The position numbers and the translations under genes were made by a program. A DNA stretch of 64,000 nt from Bryobacterales bacterium (GTDB lineage: Bacteria > Acidobacteriota > Terriglobia > Bryobacterales > Bryobacteraceae). Shown here piece after piece: positions 11,543-20,378 of this stretch. Position 1 is the stretch's first letter; each line of letters begins with the position of its first letter. The notes under the pieces were generated by a model. It saw nothing but the letters and a program-made list of their open reading frames with translations, was not told the DNA's origin and did no database searches. The stretch spans positions 114,199 through 178,198 of the forward strand of contig CAWGOZ010000004.1 of the NCBI GenBank assembly GCA_963824345.1, read 5' to 3'.

Positions 11543-12004
11543 ACGTTGAAGTCCGTAGATTCGCCCGCCGGGATTTGCAACGCGTGCTCGCAATCGAACG
11601 GGCTTCGTTCGGGAAGGACGCTTGGCCGCCCGAACTGTTCCTCGAATATTGGCGCGCCAGCCCGGAGCTTTTCCTGATTGCAAAACACCGCCGCAGAATC
11701 GCCGGCTACAGCATCACTCGAACGGATTGGCGCGGCGCGGAACTGGAATCCATCGCAGTGCATCCGCGGCTGCGTGGGCGCGGCGTGGCGCAAGCCCTGA
11801 TCGAGGCCACGCTCCTCTCCCTGCGCTCCGCCGGCGTCCGCGCCCTGCGACTGATGGCCGGCACGTCCAATGAACCGGCGCTGCGCTTCTACCGGCGCTT
11901 GGGGTTCATCCGCGTTCAGGAAGGTCAAGCGCTACTATGGCCCGGCTCGCGACGCCTGGCGCATGCGTTTGGAGCTACGGCCAAAAAAGCAAGCCCACGA
12001 ATAG
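11524..12004 (+). pseudogene. RimI-like GNAT N-acetyltransferase with a +1 frameshift near 11923
   Basis: 'AIERASFGKDAWP...IAVHPRLRGRGVAQALIEA...ALRFYRRLGFIRVQE' in frame 1. The conserved tail 'VKRYYGPARDAWRMRLEL...*' is in frame 2 (stop 12002-12004). The unshifted frame runs 110 nt further, antisense through the next gene. Confidence 0.7.
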
Positions 12005-12664
12005 GCACAGCCAGACGGCAGCCAGAAAGTGCCAGAACAAGGCCGCCACGGCCGCGCGGCTGCGTTGGCGCCGGAAGTCGAACAACACCACCTCCGGCCG
12101 CACGGATGCCTTGATCAGCAGGTAACTCAGCGCCGCCATGCCGCCCAGCAGATGGATGCCGTGCGCTCCCGTAAGAACGTAAAACAGGGAGCTGTGCGGA
12201 TTGTGCCGCAGAAAGATTCCCTGCGCCGCCAGTTCCCGCAGAGCGAACACTTGCGATGCCAGAAAAGCCAGCCCAATTCCGACCGTCACCTCCAGCCAGC
12301 GCGCATAACGCAAGCTGTTCTTTCGTTCCAGGGCTGCACGCGCAGTCTCCAGCGTCCAACTGCTCCCGAGGATCAGCGCGGTGCTCAGCCACAGCAGCGG
12401 TGGAACTGGAATGTGCTGCCAATGCGCATGGGATTGCGCGCGCGCGTGGTACACCACGCCGATGGTTACGAACAGGGACGTGACGGACGCCAGCAGAAAC
12501 CGCATCCCGAGCATGGCCGCGCCGGGAACATAGCGCCGGCCGTCGTTTCCGCCGCGGCCGCCGTCGTCTCCGCCGCCCCAGCCATGATCGCCGGGACCGC
12601 GGTCGTGCGGGCCTCCCCCGTTGGGGCCGCCGGTCTTCACCTCTAGGACTTCAGCTACCGGCAT
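11975..12664 (-). CDS. heme-copper oxidase subunit III family protein (orphan)
   Basis: Gly/Asp-rich N-terminus followed by TM helices, with 'SSLFYVLTGAHGIHLLGGMAAL' (CoxIII signature region). No other oxidase subunits in the window. Confidence 0.7.
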   Translation of the reverse strand: MPVAEVLEVKTGGPNGGGPHDRGPGDHGWGGGDDGGRGGNDGRRYVPGAAMLGMRFLLASVTSLFVTIGVVYHARAQSHAHWQHIPVPPLLWLSTALILGSSWTLETARAALERKNSLRYARWLEVTVGIGLAFLASQVFALRELAAQGIFLRHNPHSSLFYVLTGAHGIHLLGGMAALSYLLIKASVRPEVVLFDFRRQRSRAAVAALFWHFLAAVWLCLFVGLLFWP

Positions 12665-12686
12665 ACTTTCGTGATATCACAGAGTA

Positions 12687-13931
12687 ATGCCCGATATCAG
12701 CCGCAGAGAACTCGGAAAGCAGTTCGGAAGCTCGCTGCTGCTCGCCGGCGCGGGCGCCCGATCGATCCGTGCCGGGAGCGCCGGGATCGGTCCGGTGCTC
12801 GAAGCCTCCTTGCGGCAGCACAGGATTCCCGCCGCCGTCGCCATGGCCGCAAACTCCGGCACGATCACCTACAGCGGGGCGTTCGGATCGCGCGATTCGA
12901 AATCCGCAGTCGCCGTCACTCCCGATTCCATCTTCGCCATTGCGTCCATGACCAAACCAGTGACATCGGTGGCGGCCATGCAACTGGTGGAACAGGGCAA
13001 GCTCAAGCTGGATGAACCGGCGTCCACTTATATTCCGGAACTGGGATCGTTGCAGGTGTTGCATGGCTTCGACCCTTCCACCGGCCAGCCCATCCTCAAG
13101 CCGGCTGCCAAGCCGGTCACGCTGCGGCGCCTGTTGACGCACACTTCCGGTTTCGCTTACGACACCTGGGATGCAGGCATGCTGCGCTGGGAGAAGGAGA
13201 GCGGGACGAAAATTCCGCTCGGCACAGTGGCGCCGCTCACGCCGCTGATGTTCGAGCCGGGCGCGCGCTGGCAGTACGGCACCAGCGCCGATTGGAGCGG
13301 CCGTCTGGTGGAAACCGTCAGCGGCTTGACCCTGGAACAATATTTCCAGAAGAATATCCTGCAACCGCTGGAAATGCATGACACCAGTTTCCTGGTTTCG
13401 GAGGCGAAGTTCGACCGTCTGGTGGGCGGATACAATCGCCAGCCGGACGGATCGCTGGCCGAAAATCCCCGAACGTTGCCCAAGCCTCCGAAGGCGTTCA
13501 ACGGCGGCGGAGGGCTCTACTCGACGGCCCCGGATTACGTGCGCTTCATGCAGATGATTCTGCGGCGGGGGCAGGGACCGAGCGGCCGGCAGATCCTGCA
13601 ACCGAAGACCGTCGACATGATGGCGACCAACCAAATCGGCAAATTGAGCGCGGGCAAACTGAAGACCATGCGGCCCAACATGTCGAGCGATGTGGACTTT
13701 CATCCCGGATTTCAGGATGGCTTCGGTTTCGGATTCCTGATCAACGCAACTGCGTATGAAGGCGGCCGTTCGGCGGGCAGCCTGGCATGGGGCGGCATAG
13801 CGAACACGTACTTCTGGATCGATCCGCGCAAAGGCGTGGCCGGGGTAATCCTGATGCAGTTTCTCCCCTTCGCGGACCACGAGGCGCTCGCGGTGCTGGG
13901 CGATTTCGAGCGGGCGGTCTACGCGAGTTAG
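12687..13931 (+). CDS. serine hydrolase, beta-lactamase (class C/esterase) family, Tat-type signal
   Basis: 'SRRELGKQF...' twin-arginine-like N-terminus; SxxK motif in 'FAIASMTKPVTSVAAMQLVEQGKLKLDEP'; 'HTSGF'. Confidence 0.85.
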   Translation: MPDISRRELGKQFGSSLLLAGAGARSIRAGSAGIGPVLEASLRQHRIPAAVAMAANSGTITYSGAFGSRDSKSAVAVTPDSIFAIASMTKPVTSVAAMQLVEQGKLKLDEPASTYIPELGSLQVLHGFDPSTGQPILKPAAKPVTLRRLLTHTSGFAYDTWDAGMLRWEKESGTKIPLGTVAPLTPLMFEPGARWQYGTSADWSGRLVETVSGLTLEQYFQKNILQPLEMHDTSFLVSEAKFDRLVGGYNRQPDGSLAENPRTLPKPPKAFNGGGGLYSTAPDYVRFMQMILRRGQGPSGRQILQPKTVDMMATNQIGKLSAGKLKTMRPNMSSDVDFHPGFQDGFGFGFLINATAYEGGRSAGSLAWGGIANTYFWIDPRKGVAGVILMQFLPFADHEALAVLGDFERAVYAS

Positions 13932-13938
13932 CCGTTCG

Positions 13939-14802
13939 CTAGCGGCATCTGCGCCATTCCTGGAGTAAGCCCACGGCGGTGGCAAGCTGCGCGACCGCAA
14001 TCAGAAAGGAACTTCGCATGGCCGCTCCCCAGGTTTGGCGCGTAAACGGGAAAAGTAGCAGACCAACGTAATAGCGCGGCGGATGAGAGCCGGCAATGCG
14101 CTTTTGAAGCAGGTGGAAGGCGCCGCGGCCGTAGCTGCGGTGTTGTCTCCAATAGGACCGCCAATTCAAGTGATGCGCATGGCCGATGAGAATGTCCGGC
14201 GCAAAGACGATCTGCTTGCCCGCTTTCGTCCAGCGGTTGCAGAGCTCTCGATCTTCGCCCGACATGGAGAAGCTGGCGTCGAATCCGCCCATGGCGGCGA
14301 ATTCCTGGCGGGCCATCGCGATGCTGTTTAAGTAACCCCCCGATGTGGGTACCGCATTGGCCGAAAGCAACAGGTACTCGATCAGCAACTGAGACGCGGT
14401 GCTGAACGGGTTGGAGCGCAGGGTATTTACCGGGAGACCGCCTACCATGGCGTTGGGATACTTTTCAAAATAGCGTTCCAGCCGGGTGAGCCAATCCGGA
14501 GCGTGCGAGCAATCGTCGTCGGTAAAGGCCAGGTAAAGGCCCCGGGCGTGACTGGCGCCGGTGTTTCGCGCCGGGCCGCAACCGGCGTTCCGCTGACGAA
14601 TCAGGCGTACTTGGATTAAATCCGCAAAGGGGCTCACCACGGCATCGAGGGGAGTGGGGCTGCCATCGTCGACGACAATCACCTCAAACTGAGATTTCGC
14701 ATAATCCAGTTGCGAGATCGCCTGCAGGGACGATTGCAGGTCGACGGGCCGGGAATAGGTCGCAATTATGACTGAAAATCGCAGTTGCTCTGGGGAGTCC
14801 AA
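13939..14802 (-). CDS. family 2 glycosyltransferase
   Basis: 'FSVIIATYSRPVDLQSSLQAISQLDY..FEVIVVDDGS' and 'FTDDD'. Start set to the in-frame TTG at 14802, just downstream of the yfiT-like stop; the maximal ORF reaches 14937 and would overlap that gene by 130 nt. Confidence 0.75.
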   Translation of the reverse strand: MDSPEQLRFSVIIATYSRPVDLQSSLQAISQLDYAKSQFEVIVVDDGSPTPLDAVVSPFADLIQVRLIRQRNAGCGPARNTGASHARGLYLAFTDDDCSHAPDWLTRLERYFEKYPNAMVGGLPVNTLRSNPFSTASQLLIEYLLLSANAVPTSGGYLNSIAMARQEFAAMGGFDASFSMSGEDRELCNRWTKAGKQIVFAPDILIGHAHHLNWRSYWRQHRSYGRGAFHLLQKRIAGSHPPRYYVGLLLFPFTRQTWGAAMRSSFLIAVAQLATAVGLLQEWRRCR

Positions 14803-14807
14803 TGATT

Positions 14808-15332
14808 CTACCAGCCCATGCGCGAGCGCAGCGCGGTGATGTGGGCCACGTGATGGCGGCCGTGCCAGGCGTACAAGGCAGCGTTGTTTTCGAGGCTGAC
14901 GAGACCGAGATCGGGATGCCGGAAGCAGCGTTTCCAATCGGCCCTGGAGAGCGAGCGCAGCAACGCTACCCAGCGCGCGTGCAGGTTTTCGAGCAGCGCC
15001 AGAGACATTTCGACGGGCAATGTTCGGGAGTCCGGCAGCTCGGCCCAGCGCTTTTCGTCATAGGGTTTGATCACCGGCTCCTGCTCGGTCAGAGCCAGGC
15101 GAAAACGAGTATAGCTGTTGATGTGGCTGTCGGGCACATGATGCGCGAGCTGGCGCACGGTCCAGCCCTCGGGACGGTAGGGCGTGTCGAGCTGCGCATC
15201 GGTGAGACCGGCGACGGCGCGCCGGAGGTCCGCTGGAGCCTGCGCAATTTGCCGAATGAAGAGGACCAGGTCTTCGGCGCTGACCAAATCCGGGAAGCGG
15301 AATTCGCCTACGGGATAGCGTAGATCGTTCAT
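14808..15332 (-). CDS. DinB/YfiT-family metal-dependent (thiol) transferase
   Basis: 'YPVGEF.....L...I..I...P..LR..V..L...QLDTPYRPEGWTVRQLAHHVPDSHINSY.RF' and 'WHGRHHVAHIT' are YfiT-like His-triad motifs. Confidence 0.8.
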   Translation of the reverse strand: MNDLRYPVGEFRFPDLVSAEDLVLFIRQIAQAPADLRRAVAGLTDAQLDTPYRPEGWTVRQLAHHVPDSHINSYTRFRLALTEQEPVIKPYDEKRWAELPDSRTLPVEMSLALLENLHARWVALLRSLSRADWKRCFRHPDLGLVSLENNAALYAWHGRHHVAHITALRSRMGW

Positions 15333-15335
15333 AAC

Positions 15336-15740
15336 TTACGATACCTGAGCACTCAGTAAATGACCGCCCCCGGAAAAGCGCCGCACGGGGGGATCGAAGA
15401 ACGGTCGTTCGACGGCGTAGTCGAAAGCGATGCCCGCCGCGCTAAGTCGCGCGCGCTTCCAGGCCTGCGTGGCGGGATGATCCATTTCGAAGACACGCAG
15501 TCCCGAGGCTCTGAGTTGATCTTCGGCGTGGCGGCTGCGGGCGGCGATCGCGACCGCGAGTGGATCGACGAAGACCCTCGGCTGATCGAGAACCAGACGC
15601 TGCGCTGGCCGGATGGCGACACGTTGGGCGGTCCGGCTGGGCGGTGCGTCCTGGATGGGTGAACCGAAGGACGTTTGCGGCTTCAAGACCCAATTTATAT
15701 CACGCAAACTAAAGCCGGCACACGCCCGGTTCGGGCGCAA
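15336..15740 (-). pseudogene. remnant of a class I SAM-dependent (leucine carboxyl methyltransferase-like) methyltransferase
   Basis: 'TAQRVAIRPAQRLVLDQPRVFVDPLA', 'ARSRHAEDQL' and 'LRVFEMDHPATQAWKRARLSAAGIA' are collinear with the family. The GxGxD SAM-binding block and the C-terminal half are missing (134 aa against an expected 270 or so). Confidence 0.45.
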
Positions 15741-15773
15741 GGGCGGGGATTTCAGGCAACGTACGATGGAAGC

Positions 15774-16508
15774 ATGGGGAAAGACTTTTTGGAAGGACGA
15801 ACAGCAGTTGTGACTGGGGCCACGCGAGGCATCGGCTATGCCGTCGCGGCGGCCTTATCCGGCGCGGGCGCGACAGTGGTGGTGGGTGGGCGGAGCGAGG
15901 CTGGGGTTTCGGAAGCTGTAAGGCGGCTGACCACTCCATTGGCCGGGGAATCCAAAGGTAAAGTGCTCGGAAAAGCTGCCGATGTAAGAACAAACGCGGA
16001 CGTGGAGGAATTGTTTACCTGGATCGACCGCGAGACCGGGGGTCCCGACATTCTGGTGAACAACGCCGGGATTGGGATCTTCAGAAGCACTGCGGAGCTG
16101 ACGGTGGAGGAGTGGCAAAGGACGTTGGAGACGAACCTCTCGGGAGCGTTTTATTGTTCGCGGGCGGCATTGGCGCGCTTCAGGAATCGCGGCGGCGGCT
16201 ACATCATCAACATGGGTAGCCTGGCCGGAAGAGACGCATTTGCAGGGGGCGCAGCTTACAATGCTTCGAAATTCGGATTGACCGGATTGACGGAGGCGAT
16301 GCTGCTGGATCATCGGTATGACAACGTGCGGGTGACTCACATAATGCCTGGAAGCGTCGATACAGGATTCAGTGGCGGCGGATCGGCAAAAGCCGATTGG
16401 AAGATAGCGCCAGAGGATATTGGAGAGATTGTTCTCATGCTGTTAAGGATGCCGGAAAGAACTCTGGTGAGCCGGGTCGAAGTGCGACCCTCGAAGCCGC
16501 GTAAGTAG
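15774..16508 (+). CDS. short-chain dehydrogenase/reductase (SDR)
   Basis: 'AVVTGATRGIGYAVA', 'NNAGI', 'YNASK' catalytic motif. Start trimmed to the ATG at 15774. Confidence 0.85.
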   Translation: MGKDFLEGRTAVVTGATRGIGYAVAAALSGAGATVVVGGRSEAGVSEAVRRLTTPLAGESKGKVLGKAADVRTNADVEELFTWIDRETGGPDILVNNAGIGIFRSTAELTVEEWQRTLETNLSGAFYCSRAALARFRNRGGGYIINMGSLAGRDAFAGGAAYNASKFGLTGLTEAMLLDHRYDNVRVTHIMPGSVDTGFSGGGSAKADWKIAPEDIGEIVLMLLRMPERTLVSRVEVRPSKPRK

Positions 16509-16590
16509 GCTTCTGACAATGGCTCCCAGGTATGGCATGCAATTTGCTCTTGGAAAGTCGGGAGTGGTGGTGAAAGGGGCCCAGAAGACA

Positions 16591-17772
16591 ATGTCACGGG
16601 TTAACGTTCCTTTAGATCCAACGCGCACAGGACGGGATGCGGAAGTCCTGGAAGGCAGCTTACGCCGGATGATCGTCGGACAGGACGAGGCCATCCAGCA
16701 GATCGTGAATATTTACCAAATGCACTTGACCGGGATGTCGCCCTCGGGACGTCCCATAGGGAACTTTCTGTTTCTGGGGCCAACGGGGTCGGGCAAGACG
16801 CGCATCGTGGAAGCAACCGCTGAGGCGCTGGTGCGCAATCCTAGAGCGGTGATCAAAATCGACTGCGCTGAATTCCAGCACAGTCATGAGATTGCGAAGT
16901 TAATCGGTTCGCCTCCCGGATATCTGGGGCATCGCGAGACGCATCCCTTATTAAGCCAGGAAGTGCTGAACCAGTATCACTCCGACACCTGCAAGTTGAG
17001 CTTCGTGTTGTTTGATGAGATCGAAAAGGCTAGCGATGCCTTGTGGAATCTTTTACTCGGCGTTCTCGATAAAGGAACGCTCACGCTGGGCGACAATCGC
17101 AAAGTGGATTTTTCTCGCGCGCTGATCTTCATGACCAGCAACCTGGGCGCAGCCGAGATGAGCGCATTGGTGACGCCTCGCTTGGGCTTCAATACGGCGG
17201 AGGCTTCCCGCCAGTCTCAAAACGGAACCGTGGACGAAAAGCTGAGTGGGAAAATGATGCGCAGCGGCGTGGAGGCAGCGCGGCGCAAGTTTACGCCTGA
17301 GTTCATCAATCGTCTTGATAAGATTGTGACCTTCAAGCCGCTGGGAACTTCGGAACTCCGCAAGATCCTGGAGATCGAATTGAACATGGTGCAGCAGCGC
17401 ATCTTCAATACGGCTCCCGAGCGGTCGTTCGTCTTCAAAACCAGCGATACAGCCAGAGAGTTCCTGCTGCAAGAGGGAACGGACTTGAAATACGGAGCGC
17501 GTCATCTCAAGCGCGCCATCGAACGGCTGCTGGTGCAGCCCATGTCCAACTTGATCGCTACCGATCAGGTGCGTGGCGGAGACTGCGTCCACGTGGATTT
17601 CGACGCCCTGTGCAAGAACCTGACTTTCGTGAAGGAAGCCGAAGGGCTGGCCATACACGCCATGGCGGATCTGGTGGACCGCTCCATCTCCATGCCGGCG
17701 TTCGCGATGGCCAACGGCGCCTTTATCGAAGCCGGAAAGACACAAAGCGCGCGATCGTCGAAGCGGGCGTAA
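16591..17772 (+). CDS. stand-alone AAA+ ATPase resembling the ClpA/ClpB D2 module
   Basis: 'IVGQDEAIQQIV', Walker A 'GPTGSGKT', 'IDCAEFQHSHEIAKLIGSPPGYLGH', Walker B 'VLFDEIEKA', 'FINRLDKIVTFKPL'. No N-domain or D1. The ORF could start as early as 16519. Confidence 0.8.
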   Translation: MSRVNVPLDPTRTGRDAEVLEGSLRRMIVGQDEAIQQIVNIYQMHLTGMSPSGRPIGNFLFLGPTGSGKTRIVEATAEALVRNPRAVIKIDCAEFQHSHEIAKLIGSPPGYLGHRETHPLLSQEVLNQYHSDTCKLSFVLFDEIEKASDALWNLLLGVLDKGTLTLGDNRKVDFSRALIFMTSNLGAAEMSALVTPRLGFNTAEASRQSQNGTVDEKLSGKMMRSGVEAARRKFTPEFINRLDKIVTFKPLGTSELRKILEIELNMVQQRIFNTAPERSFVFKTSDTAREFLLQEGTDLKYGARHLKRAIERLLVQPMSNLIATDQVRGGDCVHVDFDALCKNLTFVKEAEGLAIHAMADLVDRSISMPAFAMANGAFIEAGKTQSARSSKRA

Positions 17773-17822
17773 GCGTAAAGTACGCACCCCACGGCATTTG
17801 CCGGCTGTGGTATGATCCGCCG

Positions 17823-18563
17823 ATGCGCCAACGCACCTGGATTGTCGTGGCCAGTTTCCTGCTGGTCGCTGCCGCAGCCTGGGCCGCACCCGGAACCACC
17901 ACCACATCAACCTCGTCAGCCGCGATTCAGACCGTCAACACCACCCACGTCACCAACCAGGTGAATACTTATCAGGTTGAGTTGAAGGCCCGTATGCAAG
18001 GCGGCGCGTATCTGTTCGATCAGACTTACAGCTTGGCGCTCTCAAGTCCAACGGTCCAGGCCGCCATCACGCAAGCGAAGAACGTGCTTACGAGCCATGG
18101 CGCAGTGTCGTTCAGCGGCCCAACGTTGTTGAGCAGCAATCAATCTACCACCACGACGACCAACACGGTGCAGAACGGGATGACGGATGGAACCCCGATT
18201 ATAACCACCAAGACCTACATCGGACCCATCACGATCATGATCGGCAATTTTGGAACTTGCAGCGGCTACACCGACTCGGGTCCGCAGGGCCGCCCAGTGC
18301 CGACCGGTTGCACCGGCGGATCGACCAACACGCTTAACGTAGTTCCCGGTGGAGAGGATATCGACACCTTTGTCATTACGCCGGTTACGATCAACCAGAC
18401 CGTGACCACGACCAACACGACGCTGACGTCGCAAGTGTACGAGATCGATGGATTCACTACGGGACCTCCAGCAACACCGGCTCCTCCGTCGCTGATCCTG
18501 ATGCTGGTGGGACTGACCGCTGCCGGGCTATTTGCAGCTCGAAATCGTCTGCGGCTCAATTAG
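17823..18563 (+). CDS. Thr/Asn-rich secreted protein with a PEP-CTERM-like sorting tail
   Basis: Signal peptide 'MRQRTWIVVASFLLVAAAAWA'. C-terminus 'PAPPSLILMLVGLTAAGLFAARNRLRLN' has the pattern Pro-rich motif + TM helix + basic tail. Confidence 0.65.
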   Translation: MRQRTWIVVASFLLVAAAAWAAPGTTTTSTSSAAIQTVNTTHVTNQVNTYQVELKARMQGGAYLFDQTYSLALSSPTVQAAITQAKNVLTSHGAVSFSGPTLLSSNQSTTTTTNTVQNGMTDGTPIITTKTYIGPITIMIGNFGTCSGYTDSGPQGRPVPTGCTGGSTNTLNVVPGGEDIDTFVITPVTINQTVTTTNTTLTSQVYEIDGFTTGPPATPAPPSLILMLVGLTAAGLFAARNRLRLN

Positions 18564-18569
18564 GCCCGA

Positions 18570-20351
18570 TTAGCTGGCGCACTCGCCGCGGCCGAGCGCG
18601 AGCGAATACTCCACGTCGTCGCCCCAATCGCGGTACATCTCGGGCGCTAGTTCCGGCGGCTTCACCAGATCGTTGGTCATCACGCGAAACGTTTCCACTT
18701 TGTAGCGCAGCACGTAGTCGCGGAAGCTTTCATCGCCCAGGCGATTCGCGATGTAGTGGTTGAGCACGCGCCGCACGGCTTCCGGCGCCAATCGGGCCGG
18801 AATGCTCTGCACCGCTACTCCAAACCGTATGATGCCGCCGCTATCGTAGCCGCCTCCGAGAAGCATCAGATAGTAGGGAACTTCCTTCCCGTTGATCTTT
18901 CGGGCGTTGCCGTAAAATCCGAGATCGCCGATCCAATGCTGGCCGCAGGCATTGGGACATCCGCTGACCTTGATGTTCAGCCTGCGGACCAAGGGATCGG
19001 AAAAGTCCTTCACCACGCCCGAGAGCGCGGCGCCCAAGTTCATGGATTTGGTCAGCGCAAGATTGCAACTATACGCTCCGGGACAAGTAGTGACGTCATC
19101 GATCTCATGCGCTCCGGCGGCTGCCAGGCCGATTCGATCGAGAGCATCGTAAACCTGCGGCAAAGCTCGTAATGGAACGTAAGCCAGCACCAAATTCTGA
19201 TCGATGGTCACCCGCCACAGCCCATCGCCGGCCGCGCGCGACAGGTCCGCCAGCCCGTGCATCTGGCGTCCGGTCAGGTTGCCTTGCGCCACCTTCACCG
19301 TGACCATGGCGTAACCGGTTTGCTTCTGCTCGCGAATGTTGGTTTCGAGCCACCGTTCATAGTCCGGCCTGGCGTGGCCATTGGAACCCAGAACCGGCGG
19401 CAGCTCTGCGCCGGTCGCTAGCGGTGGTGGTGATGATTGAAAACCACCAAAGCCGTCCGGGACAACTTCGGGCGTGGCGATGCCGCCGTGGGCGAGAATG
19501 TCCTGATAATTTTTTTCGATCTCAGCGGCGACCCAATCCCAGCCGCGCTCGCGAACGACGAACTTTAATCTTGCCTTGTTCTTGTTCTTGCGATTGCCAT
19601 GTTGATTGAACAGCCGGAGGACGGCTTCGCAACGGCTGACCAACTGCTCCACCGGCACGAACTCGTGGAGCACATGCGCTTCCACCGGCAGCGGCCCCAA
19701 ACCGCCGCCCACCAGCATGCGGAAGCCGCGTTGCCCGTCGCGGAGGACGGCCCGCAGACCGATATCGTGGATGGCGCCGACCATGCAGTCTTCCTTGCAG
19801 CCCGAAAAAGAGATCTTGAACTTGCGCGGCATGCTGTCGGTGAGATCTTTGTGCAGAAACGCGAAAGCGACTTTCTGCGCGTACGGATGCACATCGAAAA
19901 CTTCGTCGGCCAGCAGCCCGCTGAGCGGGCAAGCGGTGACGTTGCGGACCGTGTTGTAGCAGGCCTCGCGCGTGGTAAGCCGGAAATCGGCCAGCCGGTG
20001 CAGGAGATCCGCTACTTGGGGCAGGGGAACAAAATGATACTGGATGTTTTGGCGGGTGGTGAGGTGTCCCTTTCCGCCGCCGAACTCATCGGCGATGGAG
20101 GCAAGCTGGTCCATCTGCGCCGCGGTCATCGATCCGCCCGGGATCTTGGTGCGAATCATGTGCACGCCGGCCTGGCGCTGGCTGTAGACGCCACGCCGCA
20201 AGCGCTGCGCCCGGAATTCGTCGTCGGTTAGGGCGCCGGCTGTGTACTTTTCCGCACACGCACGGAACAGCTCGATATCGGCCCGAACGGTGGCGTCGTA
20301 CTGGGTTTCCGTCTCGGCTTGGAGGTTCGCAGAGGTTGTAATTACCCCCAT
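18570..20351 (-). CDS. ferredoxin-type sulfite/nitrite reductase (siroheme/4Fe-4S)
   Basis: 593 aa with two NIR_SIR repeats; Cys clusters 'TCPGAYSCNLA' and 'VSGCPNACGQHWIGD'. Confidence 0.85.
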   Translation of the reverse strand: MGVITTSANLQAETETQYDATVRADIELFRACAEKYTAGALTDDEFRAQRLRRGVYSQRQAGVHMIRTKIPGGSMTAAQMDQLASIADEFGGGKGHLTTRQNIQYHFVPLPQVADLLHRLADFRLTTREACYNTVRNVTACPLSGLLADEVFDVHPYAQKVAFAFLHKDLTDSMPRKFKISFSGCKEDCMVGAIHDIGLRAVLRDGQRGFRMLVGGGLGPLPVEAHVLHEFVPVEQLVSRCEAVLRLFNQHGNRKNKNKARLKFVVRERGWDWVAAEIEKNYQDILAHGGIATPEVVPDGFGGFQSSPPPLATGAELPPVLGSNGHARPDYERWLETNIREQKQTGYAMVTVKVAQGNLTGRQMHGLADLSRAAGDGLWRVTIDQNLVLAYVPLRALPQVYDALDRIGLAAAGAHEIDDVTTCPGAYSCNLALTKSMNLGAALSGVVKDFSDPLVRRLNIKVSGCPNACGQHWIGDLGFYGNARKINGKEVPYYLMLLGGGYDSGGIIRFGVAVQSIPARLAPEAVRRVLNHYIANRLGDESFRDYVLRYKVETFRVMTNDLVKPPELAPEMYRDWGDDVEYSLALGRGECAS

Positions 20352-20378
20352 GTCTATAGAGATTACTCCATTTCGAAC

